From Aplysia californica (taxonomy: Eukaryota): DNA of 64,000 bases. Below, piece after piece: positions 28,701-37,700 of the stretch. Location: assembly GCF_000002075.1 (NCBI RefSeq), contig NW_004797845.1, positions 423,351-487,350 on the forward strand, written 5' to 3'. The notes under the pieces are model-generated. The model made no database searches. It saw only the letters and a list, made by a program, of their open reading frames with translations, and was not told where the DNA came from. Position 1 is the stretch's first letter. Every line of letters starts with the position of its first letter. A program made the translations under genes and the position numbers.

Positions 28701-31700
28701 ATGTGACCGTTTTTCCTGCTTCAGGCAGCCTCATTCTGATTTCGAAGGTACTCTTTATGTTTTTACTCTGACAAGAGTATTTTCAGTTTTTGGTAGGAAT
28801 TAATGTTGAATTTTGCCCAGGTGGTTGCTGAAGCCAACTCTTATCGAGTTTTGGGACCACCAAGGGATCTTGCACATGAGACCTCCCGAGATTTTTCTCT
28901 TTTATCCGAGAAGGTTTGCTGTTTGATCTTACCTGTCCAAAGATAAGGGGTGTGGCTGAAAGACAGCAATAAGATGGAGCTGGGAGTAGCAGTGGAAAGA
29001 GTCAGGAGTAGGGGGCAGAGGAGCTCAGAGAAAAAAGGGCTGGGGGGGAGATATAAAGTGGAAATGAAAGCAGATGACTAAACAGGATTAGACAACAGGA
29101 AAGGACGTGGAAGGAGATAATTATAAAGAAGAAACTTTTTTCTTCCCTGTCAGGTTTTGATCCTGTGACCTTTTGAATGAGAGGTGAACATCACAAGAGC
29201 CTCCAACTAAGAATGGATGAATTGTGGTTCTGAAAACATTATGCTGGGTAGACTTTTTTTCAAAAGTCGGGGCAATATGATTACTTCCAAGTTTTTCAAT
29301 GTGTTTTTTTTATGGGTGGGGATTTGAGAAATGTTTTATTTTCTTAAAGTTTGTTAAGTAGTTTGTTAAGTTGAGTGGATGGGGGATACTGTTCACATCG
29401 TGATTGGTAACTGTATGAGTAAGGCTGCAACACAATGCACTATTTTGGCTCTCTGAGATACAAATAGAATGTGCATAGAAATACCTCTGAAAAGCAATCT
29501 TTTATTTCACCATTTAGGTGATCAATGAGAGATGGAGGGCATGATGGAAATTTGTCTGATATTATGGCTTCATGTTCTGTTCACCATACAACTTATTAAT
29601 GGTGGTAGCTCCTAATACTGTTCCCTTGGGCATTAAAAGCCCATGAAGATCTATAGTCTTGAGTCTCCATGGTGTTAAGCTGGCCTTAAGAAACGAGCCC
29701 ATAAGAAAGTTAATGTTCTTTCGTCACCCTGCAATGTTTGCATCTGTCAACTTTCGTGTCAAGACCGAGGAGGATTGCTGACCATTGTAGTTTGTGTGTG
29801 GTACATTTTTATGTAACCTGAAACATTATGATACTTTCCAGTGGTTCCAGTACATGGTGCGCCAGTTTAGCCAGGACGATCATGATCATGACGTCTCCAT
29901 GCCCAGCCTCTCAGTCCAGATTTTCACTGTGCCCAGTTTGGTAGGTTGCCAGTGAAGCCTGGCACCTTTGGCTTCTGCTTGCTCCCAATGCCCAACTGCA
30001 CGATGTGGTGTCGGGGACCTGCCCTGGCATTTAACAGCACAGTTCTGAATTCTTTCCTCCAAATTGTGCTGTTCTTTGAAGTCATTGATGCCTTAGAAAT
30101 CTGGGCGGATGTTGAAGCTGATTTGGTACCTCATCTCTCGTTCCTATTTTTAAGAAATTTAACATGACCTTAAAGTAAGAAGTAGGTCCTGAAACAGCTG
30201 AAATTGATGTTTTAAATGAAAATCAAACCAGAAATTGTTTTCGGTCTATCCTTTTTAGGATGTGCTTTGAGAAAAAGAATTCAAAATTTTCTCTTTTCCT
30301 GAGAGTTTCCCAATTCAATGTTATCCCCTCAGATTTCTAGTTGTCCTTTTTCTGTCTCATCAGTTTGACTCCAACAGGTTTGTGGTTTGTGAATGGTTGT
30401 TCGCATGAACCATTTATGGTTGTGTTCACTTCACATTTGTCATCACTTTAAAATATGATTACACACACACACAAAAAACTCCTGAGTTGTTAAGAACAAG
30501 TTGAAAACTTTCTTTCAAGGAAATGAGTATTTCAGTTACACATTTAAAAGAATTGCCTACACCGTTGTGTGCTATGAACTTTGAAGTTCTTGTGCTCTTT
30601 TGGATTGAATTGGTTAATTCTTACTTTTTCAAGTGTTCAGGAAATGACTGAAGTGAAACCTAATGTGAAGATGAACATGACTTTTGTCTTTCTTGTAAAC
30701 ATTTTCTTCCCAACAAATTTGCTGTGTTTTTTTCCCCTTTAATTTCTGTTTCTCTTTCTTTGCTTTTCTTTTCTTTTTTCTTTAATCCCTGTAGTGCTAT
30801 TCCAAGCTGTACGAAGCCTTTTTGCAGGACGACCACTCTCGCTCCGTATCCATTACCCGCCTCTCCCTGCAGTTGTTCGGGACTCCCTCGTTGGTAGGTG
30901 TCACTGTTGACATTACTGCTCACCTCCAGATGTGTGTTTCTACAGGCCTTTATAGTCCTTTATTTCGTATGCCGCCAAACTGTGCTGCGTTTTCTACCGA
31001 AATCAAGTGCCTGCTTGTGTATCTTCGCTCCTAGTGTTAATTTTTGGCCCAGAACTCGGTCTCTTCCTGTTATGCTTGAACTTTTAATTTGTGTGACATA
31101 AATTATACATTTTGTTTGATCCGTTAAAAATTAGTCCCTGTAATGTACCGAGGTGGTCATGCGAAAAGTCCTTGTGCTCATTTCATGCTTCTGCACAGTT
31201 TGTCTCCAAGTGCTTGAATTGTTTGTTATTGCACCATTTCCTACAGCTCTTTTTGCAGTAGTGTTGGCTTAGAGTGCTTGCTCATCGGCAGCGTCTCGTA
31301 CTTTTCTTGATTATTTAATGGCTGTGGTTGGAACTTCTCTCTCTTTGCTGCTTGCTTTGCTTGCAATGATTTTTCTCTAATACCCTTTTGAGAACATCAA
31401 GGTTTTGAGATTGCTGCCTATGTTCCACATTGTTCGTGTTTACCATATAACAAGTTCAGCAGGTTCAGTGCTTTGTAATACTGCATGTGTAGCTGAAGTT
31501 TTTCTTGCTCTTTATGGGTCTGTGACTTATCCTCGGAAAAGTCAAGGCTGTCATTTTTCACTTTCTCAATAAGTGATGAGAAACTTTGTCCGCCTGCTTT
31601 CTTTTATTGAAGAAGAATATAATTTTTTTGGTTTTTTTACGACTGTTAAGCCTGATACTTGATGCACCAAATCAATTGATAAACACTGTTCATAGTGGAT

Positions 31701-34700
31701 CCTTATGGTTACAGTTTTTTGTGCTTGTTCACCTACATAGTGGAGAGCTCGGACGACTTTACAATATCCATCAGTCTGCACTATTTGATAATACTGTTAT
31801 GTTGCTCGTGCAATTTTGTTGACCGCCATCTATCTGCTAGTCAGACTGTCCCAGTTGTTCAGAAGGATGGTGGGGCACTCATTCGATTAGGGGGGAGGGG
31901 GGGGGGGCTACACCTGAAGGCTATCTCGCTTATTACTGGACCGAATTTTACCAAATTTTACGCATATAACAAGCATACTAAGGAGTCTTTAAATCCGCAA
32001 TCAAATTTGAGAAAAAGTTTCGTTTCCATGGATATGGCGGCCATATTGGATTTTGTTGACATGTCATACGTAATGAATACCGCACTTATCGCTCATGGAA
32101 ATTGAATGTTTTTTTGCATGCGTGTTCACAAACATTAGATCTAAAAATTGGTTTGTTGTTTTTTTCCTAAACGAATTAGAAAATTTTTTCTGAATTTTTT
32201 TCTGAGGTAGCATTCAAGTTTTAAAAAAATCCTTAAAAACCCACACTCCAGACACCACCAAAAAAAATCTATTCCATATATCAAAAATTCAACAGACAAA
32301 CTTATAGTATTACATTTTTTCTTCATTCTGTGAAAATGTCAAGAAGATTGGATGAAAAATGGTGGAGTTATTCAAAAAAGTATAGAGAAAAGTCGCGTTT
32401 TGAGAAAACGGCCGATAAAGAAAAATAAAATACTGACTTTATGAGGAAATGGCGGTGACAAACATGTCCGGTATGGGAAAAAATACAGTTTTTGGGGGTT
32501 CTTATATGATGAAATAGTTATAGGAGAGGCTGAGGAAGCTAAAAATGCCTACAACTCAAATTCCATAATTTTTAGCCGAATTTTGACTTTGGGGGTGTAG
32601 CTCCCCCCCTTAAGTTCAATATTTTCCTTTCTTGTTGGTTTGTAACGTACACCAGTATTCAATTTGTTAAGTTTGGTTCCATTCAAGGCTAGTAAAAGAA
32701 AAATGATTTGGTTATTTATTTGTTCAGTTCTCTTTATGTTTTCATTTCTCCTTTGACTGTTTTTAGTTGCATTTTTCTGAACTGAAAATATTGTAAGTAT
32801 TGTGCCCCTCGTATTGTTTTTTTTTTTTTTTGTGAAGCACATATCCCTGTTTCCCCTTCTTGTTTCTCGATGTATTAAGAATATTATGCTAAATCAAAAT
32901 GAAAACTGCTCTTAGAAAATTTAGGATATTTACAAAGCTAGAGAAACATAGTTTTTATTAATCAAAATCCAGTTGTACTATGTGTTTTGTTTCATTTTTC
33001 TAGAGATTTTTTGCTAGATGCCTATAAGGGATAATTGTTTTTACTTATTTTTGTCACTTGCTAGTGTTATACCCCATACTGCTGCTATTAGATACAGCTT
33101 ATATTTTAATTTTTCAGCACATTGTGATATCTGTTATGGACTTTGCTGAACTCGGGGTAGAGATGAAGGGAGTGGGGGGGGGGAGCTTCTTTCTCTATTG
33201 GGGATGTTGCTAAACATTAAAGAAAGGAAAAAGTGTCTTTGAATTGTGAGTTTTTTGGGTTGTTTTTTTCCTTTTTACCATGAACATCTTCTTTTCCACA
33301 GGCTAGGATGTTGATCGCTGAACATGATCTGCTTTCTGTGATAGTCAAGGCATTTCTCTCAGCTTGTGATCACAAGAAAAATCGTAAGGGACTTAGTCTT
33401 CATTAATTCTTCTTTTTTCACTGTAATGAGATGCCCCTTTTCATTTTCAGCTTTCCTGGTCAGTGTTACTGTTTCTTGACATGAAAGTGGTATACGATAT
33501 TTTTCAGACTACAGCCTTGCGTACTACTGTGATAAATTGGATTCCTGCTTCTCCCCCCCCCCCCAGCAATTCCCAGATCAAATTAACGCAATAATTTGCC
33601 TTTTGCCTCTTTTCATTCTTTTTTTTGAGTTTAGCCTTCCTCATGTCCCATTTGAAACTGGTTGGTGCTTTCTTTTTATGTTACCTAAATGAGTAAAGGG
33701 TTACCTCAGTTGTTTAAAAGCAGTCTTTTTTTTGTGAAATCTAAGTCCAACAGTATTTCAAATGCAAACAAAGACTTGTCCTTTCATCAGAATAGGTCAC
33801 TCGTATTTTTCTTCTTTAAAAATTTAAAAAAATTAAGACTCATTTTCATTGTGGGGTTGTCCTTTTTTTATAAGGGGGGAAAGGTCGGCAGAACTGGAAA
33901 TACAAAGGACTCTAAGGTTCACTCCATTTCGTTGACAGTCAGTTGCTCTTTTGTGCTTTTGCAGGGATTTTATTAACTGGATGTAGTGCTTTTTGTCTTA
34001 TCATAGCCCTCCCAAGGGTTCGATCATTGTGGTCCTTCAGTCGAGAAGTAAGAACTATCGACAACAAAATTTAATGAAGATGATAGTACTCTTTAAAACG
34101 GCATAGGCCATGTTTGCAAAAGAATAGTTTGTATGACATGTTGAAGAACCCACCTTTGACTCTCTCACAATCAAATATGAGGCGTGCTGAATAAAATGAG
34201 TTACTTGTCAGATTTTAGCCCCATGGACAAAGATATGTCAAATTTATAGTTTGAGTTTTTACAATTTATTTGCCTTTCGGGTGGTAAACACAGCATATAC
34301 CGTGCTTATGCAACTGGTCCCTGAGATGCAAACACAGCATATTCTGTGCTCGCTCCTAACATGGGTAGTCTAATTTTAAACTACACCAATGCAGTTAAAG
34401 AAAGAGTATGACATCATGTGTTGTTCCTAGAGATTTTTGGCCCATACCTCCATTTTGGATTGTAAGAAGAGCTACTCATTTTGTCAGCACGTCTCACAAA
34501 TATAAATTCTTGCGTTATGAGTGCTACATGTCCACACACAGACTCAAACTGCTATCAACAACATCACTCAGCACCAAGCGAAAAGCCATTCACTTTCCTT
34601 TGACACTCGCTCACAATAAAAGAGCAGATTTTGTAAAGGTATTCGATGTCTCCCTCCAAATGATATTTGCACTGTTCTCACAGGAAAGGTGAAAGGAAAG

Positions 34701-37700
34701 TTAATAGTTTTTCATGTGGTGCTGGATATTGCTGTTAATAGAGGTTTGGGTCTGTGTGCGGACTTGTTGCACTCATTATCGCAAGGGTTTACATTTGACT
34801 ATTTCTCCCAGGACTAGGTAAACTGAGTTTTGACCGAGCAGAGAGAAGTTCTGTCTTCAAGAGGTCAATGTATGTTCTTCACGATCTCAAGTAAGTGGAA
34901 CTTTAAAAAGCTGTTTTGCTAAAAAAAAAAATGGATTCTGTTCAAATTTTTGCTACAGTTTGCCTTGGCTCATACCTTGAAGGTGTTTTCACTTGGGAAT
35001 GATGACTTAAATTAGTTGATTGAGAGTGGAGCCTAGTTTAAACAAAAATGCTACATTGGGCACAGCGTAGAAAAGCAAGCCATTTGAAGTTAACCAGTAT
35101 CAAGATTTCTGTATACAGATGCCTCCAGCAAGGTAGATGCCCCTGCAACAAAGTGCTGATAGTCAACAGTTTCATCTCGTTGGCTACAATTTTTTAAAAC
35201 CCCAAAGTTCTTAAATAGTATGTAGAGAAGTTTTGCTTAGTTAATGAAAAAGATCAGTTCAGTATTCGCGTGGCCATTTTTTAAATTTTCATTCCTCTAT
35301 CTCTTTAGTTATGTTTTTGAGTATATAACTGCCATCAAGTACAAGGGGTATGGTCCGCCTCCTTTGACAATATTTCTCCTAGCTCATTGTGTCATAAATC
35401 CATGTCCTGAATGTTTGATATGTAGAACTCAATTATCTGCCTGGTTTTTGTGAAATGTACTTTTTTTAAATTAAGGAGGAACAGACTAAATCATTTTGCA
35501 TTCATTAATTAATGTACATATTTCCGGTTTTGTTTATTAATATGTAAGTTTGTCTGTAGAATCATGCTTACAAAATCTTTTTAGGTATGCCCTGGTGTGC
35601 AAGCCTACAAGTCCAGAGGACTGGTCTGAAGCCTTGAGGAACAACTTCCTCCGCGGCCTGACATCATTTTTGTCTCTGCTCACAATGATTCAGGTAAATC
35701 CCCACTTTATATGGTAAAGGAAGGGAGTGTTGGAAGACGACTGTGCTTTTTGTATCAAAATCAACCTTTCTTATATGTGTCGTTGTTCACTAAATACTTT
35801 CGGTATACGTAGACAGAGATGGTACTGTCTTTTGTTATTTCCAGACTGACAATATATTATACTCTTTAGTTCCTGTCTTGTGCGACCGACATCTATTGTG
35901 ATGTAATGGTAAAGTACTTTTTCCTTGCACACAGAACACTTGAATTTAATTCCTGCTTGGAGAATAGTATTTATCAAATATCTTTTATCTCTGTGAATAT
36001 TTCATGCATTGTATCAATGGTTGTCGCCCGTGTGGTTCTCGGTGCCCTGTCCAAGAGACAGGGGAGCAAAGAATAGGACCACTGTATCCGTACCGCGCAT
36101 GTCGTAGAAGGTGACTAAGGTCAGTTGGGCAAAGGGTTAGCAGCCCTTTCTCGTAAAACAAAAAGCAGCTACAAAAACATCAGCTGCAAAAACAACACGA
36201 CTGCCAGTTCTGGAAGATATAGGACCTTCATCACCGAGGAGAGGAGAGAATATGGAGTGTAGAATGACGCAGGATGGTGAAAGCCGAAAGGAAGCCACCA
36301 AGCCGAGAAACCTCCTGTCGACCGAAAGGAATCCACCAAGCCGAGAAACCTCCTGTCGACCAGAAGAACCACCAGGCTTGGCACCTGGAATGTTCGTAGA
36401 ATGTACGAGGCAGGGAAGGCACTGCAGGTTGCAAGAGAGACGGAGGGCTACCAACTGGACATATTGGGTCTCTGTGAGACGAGATGGACGAATGCAGGGG
36501 AGTGCCAACTTGCTTCAGGGGAAACAGTTCTCTACTCTGGACATCTGGAGGAAAACTCGCCGCATGCAGAAGGAGTAGGTATTAAAAAGCGGGGACATCA
36601 TGGAAACGGATAGAAAAGGATGCTCTGGACAGGCTTCGCTGGAGTAAGGCTGTTGATGGCCTGTGCTCCACTGGGAGTTAAAAAGGGCAAGATAGAGAGA
36701 GAGATCAATGGTTGTGAACTTCGTTGCCACTGTGACTCTACAACAACTGCATTCTGACAAAACTTTTGTGTCGTATCAATGATCAGGACAATTATCTTGT
36801 GTTTTTGCTGTTGTGTCTAATGCTAAGGGCATAGGCTTATTGGCTGTAGGATGACAATTGTACTGTGTTGTACTTTATTAGGGCATAGATTGTTGACTGT
36901 TCTCTGACAATTGTCTTGTGTTCTTGTACCTCATTAGGGCATAGTTTTTTTTACTGTGTTCTGACATTGTCCATGGGTGGTTGGCGGGTGCTCTGGTGTG
37001 GTTTGCTCCTTCTTTCCTATCCACGACGTCACTTTTCGCCCGATTCTGTTACTTTTAGTTAGTGTGACTCAGCAGCTCGCCGGAGCTCCCTGGCTTGGGG
37101 TCACGGGCTTAATGAGCCCTGAAGCGACTTTGCCGGTGTTGGTTAAGGAGTTCCCATTTTTGTCCATGTTTGAAACGATATGACTTCTAAACCATTACAC
37201 TGATGGACTAAAAGCTCAATTTTTAAAGATTTATTCTGTGTTAGAACAGTTAATTTCTGTGCCTTAGTTTTTGTTCTAGACAAGTGTTTTTAGAGTACCC
37301 AATTTGTCCTATTTTAGTTACAAACTTATGAATAAATGATAGTTTATTTAAAAACGGCACGACAGATCTCTCCAAAATCTGTGTTAAACTGACTATGAAT
37401 ATCATGTCTTTTACTATGAGAAATCTGAAATCTGTGCAAGTAGTTTTGTGAAGTTATTAGAGAAGAAAGATTCACGTCTGCCTTCTTTAACTAAAGGCAC
37501 TCAACGTTAGCTCTTTATTTTACCATTAAACAAGAGAAAGTTACTCTGCGTTTGTTCATGAATCGTGCTGTGTCTGTGGTAGCCTGCACACAACTAAGAA
37601 AGATATATTATGCAACTTAAAAAAAAGAAAACTGTGTAAATACATGGGTAGGGATAAACTTGTATGGAATAAAAATAATGACAGCTAACACATTCATTTT

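Noticed and set aside
31695-32105. 136-aa ORF containing [11 protein letters not shown] as another exon-12 copy
   Set aside because: No phase-0 acceptor or donor in that frame, the DDH and PSL motifs are absent, and the ORF runs into a MITE
36137-36578. Several overlapping 70-123-aa ORFs on both strands
   Set aside because: By-products of the GC-richer RTE fragment; only the APE frame has homology
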